From the NCBI GenBank assembly GCA_001244265.2, contig CDLV01000009.1, forward strand, positions 1,302,001-1,366,000: a DNA stretch of 64,000 nucleotides. Direction: 5' to 3'. Positions 15,688-27,395 of the stretch are shown piece by piece. The notes beneath the pieces were generated by a model that was given only the letters and a program-made list of their open reading frames with translations, did not search any database and had not been told where the DNA came from. A program made the translations under genes and the position numbers. Origin of the DNA: Microbotryum violaceum (lineage: Eukaryota). How positions within the stretch are numbered: position 1 is the stretch's first letter; every line of letters starts with the position of its first letter.

Positions 15688-17274
15688 ATGGACACGTCAA
15701 GAGCGCTCGAGCTTGTTTGCGACCGCGAGGGTACACCAGCCGAGAGCGCCCCTGCAGCACCACGTCGTACCACTCAGGACGGAGTCTTTGCGTTACCTCA
15801 CCAGCAAGCATCCAGGAAAACCGCTTTCAAGACAAACACGAAAGGACCGGGCTCAACATCCAAGAGGTCGCTAACCTCGACGCCCCCATGCGCGCCTGTT
15901 CAGAGCTCCTCTCCGAAGGCGAGGGCGGAACCTCCTCGCTTCGCCACACCGTCAGGAGGGGTGAGGGGAAGATTCGTACCTGGGGATAGCAAAATTCCTG
16001 CATTCGGATCCGACTCGGCTTTGAATGAGACCTTTGTAACACCCTCGAAAGCCAATGTTCGACGTTCGGCTCGATCCGTTCGCTCTTCTCGTACCGGAGG
16101 AGCCTCCGCGAGCCACCCTACCCATGCACCGGGCACTCGCTCCAGCCAAGACGTCGACGAGCAAGACTTAAGCGTATTTTTATACAAGAACATCACTTCA
16201 CAAGTGTCCTCGAGCCAAGCCGAAGTCGACGACCCCGGTCCATCGTTCGACTCGGCTGCGCGGGTCACGACGTCGACCAAGGCCGTAGCTTCAGAATCGA
16301 CTACTGCAAATGCCAACAATCTTCGACATAATGGGGATGAAGCCGAAGCGGGCGATGGTGAAGCGATATTGTCGCTGAACAGTTCTCCGCCAGGCACCTA
16401 TGGGTCCGACGCAGAGTTCAGCGATATTGCGCAGTCACAGCCTGTTGTCACTCAAGAAGGCTTCGTGACGGAGCACCACCACGAGGAGCGCGACCATGAC
16501 GGAAGAACATACAGTGAAGACGAAGGACTGTTCAGGAACTCGCTCTCCCCAGTACTTCAGGAAGCGGGTGATGAAAGTCAAGCGCACCCTGACGCATCCT
16601 CCGGCGCAGGATCGCAGATGGATTCACGCTCGTCGGTAGAGTACGAGCGTGATTTGAAGCGACCTCGGACGGAGCTACACGAGGTAAGCGGTGGCTGTAC
16701 AAAGACTCGCGCCGATTGGCTGTTCTGAAGTTTTCTCTCGTTCCTGGCAGACTTGGTCCTCGGTCACACTCGATCCCCTGTGTCCGACCCCCTCAATCTT
16801 CCCGGGGGCCAGCCCTTACCTCGATCGCGCGCGCACTCGCGTTCGCACGATGGAAGAACAGAACGTTGAAGTGGATGAGCGCACCATGACAGATGAACAA
16901 TGGCGAGAGAAAGGTAAAGAGCTGGCAGTCCGCGCAGGCAAGTTGATCCAAAACGTCATTGAGCTCAAGGTGTGAGTTGGCTATAGTCCGAGAGCATCTG
17001 CTCCTCCTGAAAGACAGGTGCTGTTCCACTAACACCTTCCCCAAACGCACCGTTTAGCAACCAGCATGCTCGTGCAGAAAGACTTCGGACGAACATGCTT
17101 ACGGTCAAATCAGCGCTCGTCATGGAGCAGGTCGAGCTCAAAAAGTCGCGAGAAGGATTGTTGCAGTGGGTCACTCCAGTACTCACAATGGGCGGGACAA
17201 GAAGGAAGGGAAGCGAAGAACCTTCGGGGAACGAAACAGCTCCTGCCCCGACCAAAGATGAGGGAGCGACTTGA
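15688..17274 (+). CDS. Hypothetical protein with a disordered N-terminus and a helical C-terminus (possibly ECM11-like)
   Basis: 346-aa ORF continued through GT-AG introns to MTDEQWREKGKELAVRAGKLIQNVIELK and a coiled-coil exon ending at TGA 17272-17274. The product guess is weak. Confidence 0.55.
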
Positions 17275-17403
17275 GCAAGCTCCCTGCATGCCTCCGAACG
17301 CTCAGGTTCGCCCCCACATGATCGACCAGGCGCGACGTATCCAAGCTTGACCTATTCATTACAACATTTCAAATCAATGGCAAGATACCACTATCGTCTC
17401 GCG

Positions 17404-18497
17404 TCACTTCCTCCAAACCATTAGCGGTCGCGAGAAACCACCCTAATAAATGGACCTAGCGAGTTAGCGTGGGAACATGATCAAACGCTGGAAGCTTCAA
17501 GCAGACATACTTCTTTCCTCTCGATCGTATCTTCCAGTCGAAATCCTACACTCTCGAGCTCTGCAATGAAAGGCGGCCACATCTCCAGCGTCTTGAACAT
17601 CGGCTTCAGATCCTGCACGAGCCGCAGAGGTCAACGAGATAGCGAGATCGCAGTGTGTCCCCTAAGTCGACATGTCAATCTCACTCTACCCACTTTGTTC
17701 TTCCTCGCCGCTGATTGATAATTACTTTTCTCCTGAGGCTCGACCACCAACACGCCTCCGTGACCATTTTCCTCTGCTCCAGAAGGTAGTGCTTCGTAAA
17801 GTGCCTTGAAAAGTCTGCGTAGCGCGGCATCGCCGTGGTTGAGATGGAGCCATTTGGTGATGCTGAGGAGTAGGATCGTATCGGCATCGCTCTTCTCGAA
17901 CTGGAAGTCGGGGGCCATAAAGTCCTGACATCGCCATTCGACGTTGAGCCCCTGTTCGGTGGGATTTTCTCGACGTATCTCGGCTTCGGCACTACGGGCC
18001 TGTTCGATGAGGAATGGGTCTATGTCGATTCCGATGGCTTTTGTTGCACCCAAATAAGTCAGACTTTCGAGAGTGAGCTTTCCAGCATTGCAGCCAAGGT
18101 CGAGGATCCGTTGGTTGGAGAAGAGCGAACGAGGAAGGAGCGAAAGGCGAGCGTCGGGCGTTACTTGAGCGCGATGGGAGTCTGTCAAAGCACGAGAACT
18201 CGATCAGTTCACAGAAAAACTGCACAGGCTTCTTTCTACTGGACCGATGACTGGCACGACATGCCCAAGGCGCGGAGCGAACAGCCAATTCAAGCGAGTT
18301 CACTGGGGAATGGAGCTGTGTCCCAAAGTGCAAGACGTACAGTACTGATGATAGTTACCAAATGGTGTACGACGGTGACTGAGCCTGTCTCTCGCGGTGT
18401 TCGAAAGCTTCTTTGCCGGTTCACTGGCTGTTTCCGTCGTCGTCGTCGTCGTCGTCGTCGTGGCCGAGGTGGGCTGCGAAGACCCAGCCTGCGCCAT
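17404..18497 (-). CDS. BMC1: Bin3/MePCE-family SAM-dependent RNA methylphosphate capping enzyme (Bmc1-like)
   Basis: FGNYHQY, ILDLGCNAGKLT, IGIDID, LLSITKWLHLNHGD, LVVEPQ and terminal GFSRPL are hallmark Bin3 motifs. Confidence 0.88.
18435..18461. repeat. (CGT)9 microsatellite encoding poly-Thr in the Bin3 N-terminus
   Basis: Read directly from the sequence. Confidence 0.9.
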
Positions 18498-18907
18498 GTG
18501 GAGTGTAGGTACTTGAGTTACGAGTAAAGGCCTCACGACCAATGTTAGGTGATGAAGTGTTGGATGACTTGAGAGTATGTAGTAACGGTGTTGCTGTCGG
18601 AGGCGATAAAGGAAGGTTGGTAAGACACTGCCAGGGGTTCGCAATCTCAGGCCTCACGTTGAACTGTCACGTGATGCAACGAATTGGCCGGCGGTTTCGG
18701 CAGCTGAGGTATTCTTAACTTCGTCATTGCCTTAAGAGGGCAGCGTCAGACAGATACAGATTCATACCACTTCAGGACAAACCCACTAGCTAAACCAGCT
18801 TGATCTTGGATATAAGATTGAAAGAGTGATAAGAGACAACAGACAACATGCACACATTTTGCCAGTCTATTTAGTACCTTCAGCGCGCTCCAGTGAACGG
18901 TCCAGCC

Positions 18908-20627
18908 TCACTGGCAATTGACTCGCATACCCTCCAGAGCGGCCTCCAAAGCTCTTTTCTGCTCCTCAAGCTGATAAATCTTGGTCATCAGCTCCTCGGG
19001 TGTACAGTCCTCAAGGGATGAGGGACTTTGGTCAACGAACACAATTCTGGCGATTGGCTTCTTCGGTCCGCGGATCGGTGAGGTTCCCGAGATGACCGCC
19101 ATTGAGGCACGCACCGTCGATTCGACTCGGGCATGAACCACCCGAGCGGTTTTGAGATCAGCCTCGGTGCTCGTCGTACTGATTGTCGACGCGAATGAGC
19201 CCGTGACGTCGCGCGGTTGGAGCTGCGCAAGCAAAGGTCGGCCGATTGGAAATGGGGGAGCCAGACGCTGCTTGTGCTCCGGAACGATGACAATCTGCCC
19301 AGAAAAAGGGAAGCTTCTGTTAGCTACTGTATGCGTTCAGATCGTGGAGATGGGATGGGGCGTACCGGTTGCGTGTTGACCGCCAAGCCTGACGGGGCCG
19401 GAACGGACGAACTGCGCTGACGGGTGGCCGAGGAGAAAGCAAAAAAGTCTTCGTTCGCAAGAACACCGTCTTGTCCGGTCATGGCCGATAAAACTCGTTG
19501 AAAACCAGGTGTATCGGGAGACGCGCGTGGAGTTGAACTGAGCGAGATTGTCGTCAGCTCGGGTGATGACAGGGGTTCATCCCCCGCCTCCACGTCGAGC
19601 ACCACACCCCTTCGCTTGAGCCTTTTCGAGATAGAGCTGCCTTGGAGATGCTTCGAGGGACTATTTGAGCTCCAAGATGAGATGCTCGATTCAGACCTGG
19701 TCGACTTGGTGGTGGACTCGGTCGATGAACGGACTGGCGAGCTGGACGAGCTCGAGTTGGAGGACGTGTGGCTCCCCGCACGGCAAGCGAGGGGCATGCG
19801 AGCGTGCTTGGTCGTAGATCGGGGTCGAGGCATCACGGGCTCGGACACGTTGCTGTTGAGAAAAGAACGAGAGCTGTGCTCTTGGTTGGCAGGGTATCTG
19901 TGTTTGTCGCGACGCGCGTGCACGATCGATGAAGGCGATGGCGAGCTCAAGACGGAGGGGGTCACGGGAGCAGACACAGCTGGTGAACTACCGTTGTGGT
20001 GTCTCACTGGACGGTATTTGTTCGAATGAGACGAAATAGAGCAACTCCTTGTCTCCTCGTGCGACGAGCGGAATGGATCGGCTTCGACCAGGGCTGTCGA
20101 GAAGCGTGGCTCGGGAGTCGAGATCCAGCGTTGCGGTACCCTCGGCGACGATGGAAGTGCTGAGGTCGGCATGGCATGAGCACGTTGGGAGGGAGTGTGT
20201 GACAAGCTACTCGACCGAGGTCGACGTGCGACCGTGACCGATTCGCCAGTGAGCACGACAGGGTAGGGGTCCACGATCTGGCCGAGGGACATCAGAGCAG
20301 GTCGAGATTCTTGACGATGGGTCGCTTTCGCACGAGTGAAGAAGGTCGGTATACTTAGAAGAGGACGAGACTTGGACGTCGAACCAGTCACGGGAGAACT
20401 GCTGGGCGTGAATGTTGCAGGCAGCCAAGGACTGGGAGGAACACTCGACTGAGGCAATGCATGAGTCGAGGAGTCACCGTCTGACGTAGTCGCTCGGAGG
20501 TTGAGCATCGAGCGTGATGATGACATCAGTCGCGCCCCACGAGTGGTCGAGCGAGATGGGGAGGCCAAGGGAGGAAAGACAGAGTAGCCAGGAGGTGGTT
20601 CCTCCGAGCGTCGGGGAGGAGTCAAAG
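18908..20627 (-). CDS. Ser/Pro-rich hypothetical protein with a C-terminal coiled coil; first exon(s) unresolved
   Basis: 433-aa low-complexity ORF (19324-20625) plus a terminal exon ending ELMTKIYQLEEQKRALEAALEGM. Confidence 0.6.
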
Positions 20628-21052
20628 CTACAAGCGTAAGACCAATGCGATCGAGTCTTTGGTGAGCGGCAAGTCTCGTCGGTCAAGCTCGTAGGCGACT
20701 CTAATAGAGAGCAAGGGACAGGAGAGTGGGCTCTAACCACTTACAAGCGTGTTGACGCATGATCTTCGTGTAACGAAGCAAGGAGCTGGGAGGAACCTCG
20801 CCGTCAATGCCAAGGTCATGGTGCAAGGAAGATCGAAGTCGAAGCAAAACTCTCCGCCGGGCGAGCGGCTCGAGGCCCGGGCGCGATCGGGTTGCCAAGA
20901 TCGCCGATCATCGATCGTCGAAGCGAAGCGACCCGTTGCCATCCCTTCCGCGCACAAGGAACTGTCCAGGAAAGCTCGACACGCACACATGATAATTACA
21001 CGGCAAAATAAAGTTCACTCTACCAAGGCTTCCTCGGCATAATTCCCTGTCA

Positions 21053-23203
21053 TCAACCTCGCTCGATGATCGGCCACCCACTGCAAAAAGCGAAATGAGG
21101 TCACAGTGGTCAGCTCTCAGTCAGACGCTTCAGATCACTCGAGGGAAAATCAACCTACTGATACACTTGATGCATGACGTCGACGGCAAAACGACTGTAC
21201 GTGCTCTGAGGTGTTCCAACAAGCTTGCAACCGTACGCCGCAATCTGGGCATCGAGCTGCGGATACATGAATTGGGCCAACGGGACTTTGTCGTACCGAT
21301 TCCGCAGCCCCGACAATTCGTTGAACGCCGCGACAGGGTTGCGGCTGACCTCGGAAACGGAGGAGAAGTCGTTCAGAACGAAAGTGCACGGGAAAGTAGC
21401 GAAGAACAAGCCCAAGTTTGCATCTTCCGTAGGCTGCTTAGAGTCCGTCGCAATGAAGAGAGGGGCGTTAAACGGCAGCATCTCTTCGGCCACGTAGAAG
21501 GGCCCGCGACATGTCAAGCTCGGGTCGAGGAGTGAGTCCTCTCGCGATCGGATTACAGGTATCTTGGGTAGAGGAGTGTGCGTGTAGGCTCCCGGACGCT
21601 GAGCGTGTGAGTTCCTGCGTTTCGTCAGCGGCGTGTTGGGCGGCTTGGATGGGGTCGAGTTGAACCAGGTTGCGATCTTGGGGTCGCGCTTGTCCGGGAT
21701 CTGAGCTCGAGCCCGCAATGTCGCACCATCTCGGTAGCGTTTTGCGATCTGATCGCAAAGTTCCTGGGGCTGCTTCATCTTGACCGCGCACAAGTTCTGC
21801 CACACCCCGGCCATGTTGGCAGCCGCGCTCTTTTGGAAAATCCCGTCGCCGACGCGCAGGTGCAAGCCATAGTACTTGCCCGGTCCACCCAGTTGATCGC
21901 GCACTGTTTCGGTAATCTCATCCAGCAATGCATTCTTGAAAACGGTTGCTTGCCGGAAAGCAGAACGCGCCTCGTACGCTTCGTCTGTCGTCGCTCGAAC
22001 GCGCGACGTGCCGAACAAGGTGCCGAGGTTGACGAGCTTGTAATCGCGCGTGTCGCGAGCGAGTTTCAAGACATCAACGCGGTTTTCGAACTTGTCGAGC
22101 GGCTCCGTGTCAATCGACGAGTCGTAGTAGCGGAATTGGTACAGCATGTCGTCCTTGAGGTCATATCGGTCGACGCCGGGTTTGCCGCTCAGGTTCAGCT
22201 CCTTTGTCAGCCATGCGTCGGTCGCATCCCATCGCTCCTTCATAGGGACAAGTTTCCTGGCGCCGTTCAAGTCAACGATAAAGTCCCACCCGAGCTGCGT
22301 CCAGCTAAAGTACCCGATGCACTCTTTGGGTATCAGATCCTCGGAGTCACCGTCTCCAAAGTCTTTGCAATGGTCCAGGCCGGTCTTACTCGCCATCGCC
22401 AACCGTCGATCGAGTTTGTCGAAAGAGATGTAGGGAATTGCAAGACCAAGACAGGCCGGAGGGACGAGCAAGGTTCGTTTGAGCATGTAGGCGATAGTCA
22501 AGGCGTTCTCGAGGGAGATGCGCTGATTATGGTAGCCGGAATGCGGCGAGTACGCGAGGTAGCGATCGATGGGCGGTGCCGGGTCGATCAAGGTCTCGGC
22601 GAGTGGTGGCGGTGCAACGTCGACGTCGATGACCGACGAACCTGGTTTTGTCGGGGTCAGCGGTTTCCTTGGTGGCCGCTTCTTTGTTTTCGGTTTCGGC
22701 TTGGGCCGGCCGAAGACTCTGGGTTGTTCGGGATCAGAATTTGACGGCACCGGGTCGCCGTTTAGCCGCACCACCTCGTCCGCCATCAGAACCTTCTCGT
22801 TCGCAAGAGATCCGTCTGGTCTCGACAATGGCGAGTTATTGTTGACAAGACTCGGCCTCGAATCGCTGTCGGTACCCCCGCTGCGAGTCCACCACCACAC
22901 CCCCAACACGGCGGAAGCGAACAGTACAATCCTTAACCGCCCCCTGCCACGACTCTTGGCGGACGCCGCCAGCGAGTTGGTCGCTCTTGGGCCCAAGCCA
23001 TAAGCCGATGCTGCTGCTGCCTTCCCTACAAGCGTCTTGCGATCGTCATCACCAATGCTCACGGCGACATGACCCTGCTGGCCCTGGCTGCTCGAGCCCA
23101 GGAATCGACCGCGCTGTCGTGGCGAGGAAGGCGCAATATCCGCACTTGGACCGCGACGATCGAGGTTGTTGGTGTCGATTCGGTTTGACGAAAGCGTCAC
23201 CAT
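21053..23203 (-). CDS. O-fucosyltransferase-like (CigA-like) type II membrane glycosyltransferase
   Basis: 682-aa ORF with one N-proximal TM, RYLAYSPHSGYHNQRISLENAL, YYGLHLRVGDG, PLFIATD and VGTPQSTYSRF. A short last exon gives HGWPIIERG*. Confidence 0.8.
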
Positions 23204-23926
23204 AACGGGGAAACTGCCTACAGAGCGGTGTTTGGGTCAGCCTGCAGGATGCGGGTTGCGGAGGCTCTAGCTCAATCGACGGGACGCGTGTCGACGCGAC
23301 TAACGGGTGGCGATCCAAGGACCAAGCGCTGCAGCGACGATGCAGGGATGCGTTATGATACAATCTAAATCCAAAAGGCTGTGGTTCTTGCGTGACAGCA
23401 GGCGAGATGTAGAGCAACAGAGCCGCGTGCGTAAATGCAAAGAGCCGCGCGAATGTTCAGGCTTGTCACCGGTTGGACGTGGTTGCACTCTGTTGCACTC
23501 AATCGACGACGCGCCTGCGTCAGCCAGGGCCCGCTTGGTCGCCTGGGCTATCAGTGCCCGCCAAGCCGACCAATTGCAAGTCGCAGAAGTCACTGCACGG
23601 TCTCTGCCAGATTGTTCTCGTTGGCATCGGAATCCGAAAACAATCGGATTGCATCACTAATGGGCATATTTATTGTGAGGCTGGGATCGACTGTCTACGA
23701 AGGACGACTCGGAGTCACACTGGCAGTAGCTGCACGGCGTGCCGTCCCTCTGGCAAGAGAGTGATTTTAGACCCCTGCTACTCCCTAGATTGCCGCGCAG
23801 AAGTTCAATGCACTCGAAGGCCCGGAGAACAGACACCGAAAGTTCTTGATGGCACTAATTACTGGATAGAGGGGTTTATTACGATTTTTTACATGGTTAC
23901 ACGTCTTGTTGCACCCATAAGGAGCC

Positions 23927-26581
23927 TTATACGTTCTTCTCACCCCGCGGCCCGGCTGCGTCCTCGTCCTTCCGAGAATCATCTCCGACCTCTTCCTCCG
24001 ACGGTAACGGAGAGGCGGACAGTGTCTCTCCGTCAACTACCGCGTCACTCTTCGTGGCCGTATTCTTCTCCACTTTCTCAGCGTCCTCGTCGACTCTGGT
24101 CTTTTTCCCATTTCCGCTGACCGACTTTCGTTCAAGCGAATAGTGCTTTTGGAAGCAGACGAGAATGGTAGATATCTAGGGGACGCAATATTCAAAGTAG
24201 GAGGGTCAGCTAATAAATCATGAGAGCACACGCGAAGCCTAATGCAAGCGCCTCACAAAAAGCAAAGGGGCACCGACGATCCAAGGACTGTTAATAGCCC
24301 TGGCGTAAGCATGAAGCACCTGAGCTTTCAACTCTGGGGGCTCAATAAAGGCGAGCGAAGAAAGGTCGCCTTGGCTTGCGGAGGTGCCGGTGTAGTTCGG
24401 AATCGCCGCCAATCGTGATCGCAGTTGTGAGGCGTACAGTGCACCACTAACGGAGATCCCGACCGTGCCGCCAAGAGACCGAATAAGTCCGACCGTCGAG
24501 GTTGCTGTCGGCATGTCCTCGATGGCTACAGACGCTTGCACTAGAGTAGAAGAACCCGCACGAATAAGCGTCAGCGATGCACCCACCGTCTTCTAAATCA
24601 TTTACCTGCTCAACTGACCACCTGTGTACGCGCTTTGAAATAAGAACCCGACTCCACAAGCCGCAATGAGTTGGTATCCAATTTGCTTTCCTCTACAAAA
24701 GCGGGAGGGAAAATTGGTGAATGAGAGTTGACTGGCGCGGTTTCAGACTCTGACCTCCTGACGCCCACTCACAGATTTGACGTCTCTGTCAGGGTTGCAA
24801 GAAGGGCAGTACCGATGGTGAAAATAAAAAACCCGAATATGATTGACTCTTTGACGCGGCCGGTCTTGTTAATGACGAAACCGCTGCCGATTGAAATGAT
24901 CGCGCCGAGGACCGAGAACGGCATCAGCCTCAGACCACTCTCGAGCGCATTCGAGCCTCGGCTTTGGAAATAGACGGGAAGATAGAAGCTGATCGCCAAG
25001 AAGACGTAAGCTTGTGCGAATGCCGAGATGAGGATGACGGCCGTAGTGCGGGTATGGAACAGTCGCGCGGGGATGATAGGCGACCGTTGGGTGTGGGTTT
25101 CGACGAATCCGGCGATACAGAGCATGACTCCACCGACAAGGAGCAGCGCGATCGTCTGTGCCGACTTCCATGACACTTCGCCAGACGAAAATCCAACGAG
25201 CAACAGGATGAGGCCGCCGACGATGAGACCCAGGCCGAGGAAATCAAAGGTCCGCACGAGGTCGGCGAGAGGTGCCGTTTTGTGAGGGTTGAGGTTCAGG
25301 TAAAAGATGAGCACAAGCAATGCGATGCCTCCTGTTGGCAGGTTGATGAAGAACACCCATCTCCACGACACCGTGTCGGTGAAAATTCCACCGACGAGCG
25401 GACCGAGGACGGCCGCAATCCCCCACGTTGTGCCCAGGAAGCCCGAGTATTTTGACCGATCACGGAGCGGGATGATATCGGCGACGCAGATCTGCGTAAG
25501 CTGGATGATACCGCCTCCTCCCACTCCCTGAACGCCTCGACAGACGCAGAGCCATGTCATGTTTTGTGCCGCCCCGCACATCGCAGATCCAAAGAGGAAG
25601 ATGACTATGACCGTGTAGAACACGATTTTTCGTCCAAAGATTACTGCCGCTTTGCCCTGTAAAGGGGAGACCCTTTGTGTGAGCTGATGGGATCAGATCT
25701 AGTTTAAGAAAGAGCCGCCGCAACTTGCATAGAATGGCGACAAGGATGTCGAGGTCAGGAAGTAGGCTGAGAGCAGGTGGAGGGCAACTTTGTCAGTACA
25801 GATCTTGACCGCGGCCGAGGTTCAAGACAAGACCTACCCGTGCCGACCCATGCATAGGCCCGGGATGAGCCTCCGAGCTCTCTCGAGATAGTGGGTAACG
25901 CAGTCGACACACTGTTGATTGAAATAAGGGAGTGGTCAGAAGCGTTTCTTGGCCGAGCCGTTGCATCTCCCAAAGACCCCGGAGAACCGGAAGACTACCG
26001 CGTCGGCAGCTATCGACTTACATTGTCTGGTCGAGGGCAGCCAAGAATACGGTAAGCACTGTGCGAAGAAAGCCACTCGAGACGCGTCAGTGCCCATACT
26101 TGAGCTCCCTTCTCCCACGCAGAGGCCGTTGCGTGCTTGCCCCGACCTTGGCGCTGGTAGCGGCGCCGCGGGTCGTCGGCCGGACCAGAGCGAGATCATG
26201 CCCACGTACTCAGCCTAAACAGTTGAGAATGTCGGCAGATCCAAAGGCATCAGTAACTCGAATGTCGAGGCGTCGAAGAGAGCAAACGTCCGGTAATCCC
26301 ACATACCCGGGAAATACGATCCATAGATTGTTCTTGGGCACGACGTGCACCGCGTCCTTCCATGCTTTTGCTCCGCCTTCGTTACCACCTTCACTTGCTG
26401 CCGGCTCCGCGGGCTGCGAAAGGTCCTGCTTCGTGGTCGAGCTGGCCGTAATCATGTGGGTCACCGTCGGTGTGGGGGAGTTGGTTCCGGTTGTAGCATC
26501 CCCTTGAAATGCGGTCGACATGGATGATGGTGGAGTCGAGACGTCGAGTGGTATCGACGAAGGCGGCGCGACCGCGGCCAT
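23927..26581 (-). CDS. MFS drug:H+ antiporter (DHA2, 14-TM type), multi-exon
   Basis: VSTALPTISRELG, LFGSAMCGAAQNM, RGVQGVGGGG, LGPLVGGIFTDTVSWRWVFFINLP, FDFLG and RSLGGTVGIS. Confidence 0.92.
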
Positions 26582-27395
26582 CTCCACAATTTCGGTGGCC
26601 TTGATCGCCGATCGCGAGAGGAGAGAGCTCGCGGAAATCAAATAGGGGATGAGGATCGATGAGGCACGACAAAGGGCCGGCGTCGGAGCGAGGCGGAACT
26701 CGGGAAAGAGGGGCGGTCCAACAACAAGACAGACAAAGACGGTTCAGATACGAGCGTTCACTGAGCTGCAAGATTGGGTTAAGGTTCAAGGCAGACGTTT
26801 ACGCGCCCGACCCGTCCACGAAAGCCGAAAGCCGACAAATGCAGTGTGTGTTCGGACAACTCGCCGCGTGAAGGCGCTGGGCCCACGCTGTCGTGGGCGC
26901 CTGATCCAGGCCTGACGAATCACGTTTGGCCGCGTGCCGAAAAGGCAGCCGAGACAGGCGTCGGCACGGCCGTGATCGGTCATCGGCCAGTTTATACGTT
27001 CTCCGCCGGCCGGGCAGCTTAATTTGCTTGGGTTCCTGAGTGCTGCCTACTCAAATGAGAATAAATCGGCCCCAATATGAGACAGCGAGCTGGCGAACAG
27101 CCGTGAAAGCGCTCGATGTCGGTGGTTTGCATCCGTGCTGGTCGACAGAGGCCCGCCCTTGGGGCTCGGCGGCCGGTGCCGGCTCCTCTTTGTGCGGTTT
27201 TAAACTCCCGGGACCTCTAAAATTGTCCTGATGATTGTCTACACCTCAAAAAGGCGAATCTCGACCTTGCCCTTCCCTCAATCGTGAGTGTATCGTGATA
27301 GCCCACTCGCAACATAATCACAAAGCAGACGAGCTTTGCAATGCCTATGGGCGGCGACTAAAACTATCAATGCGAATGCCATGACACAAACATCA

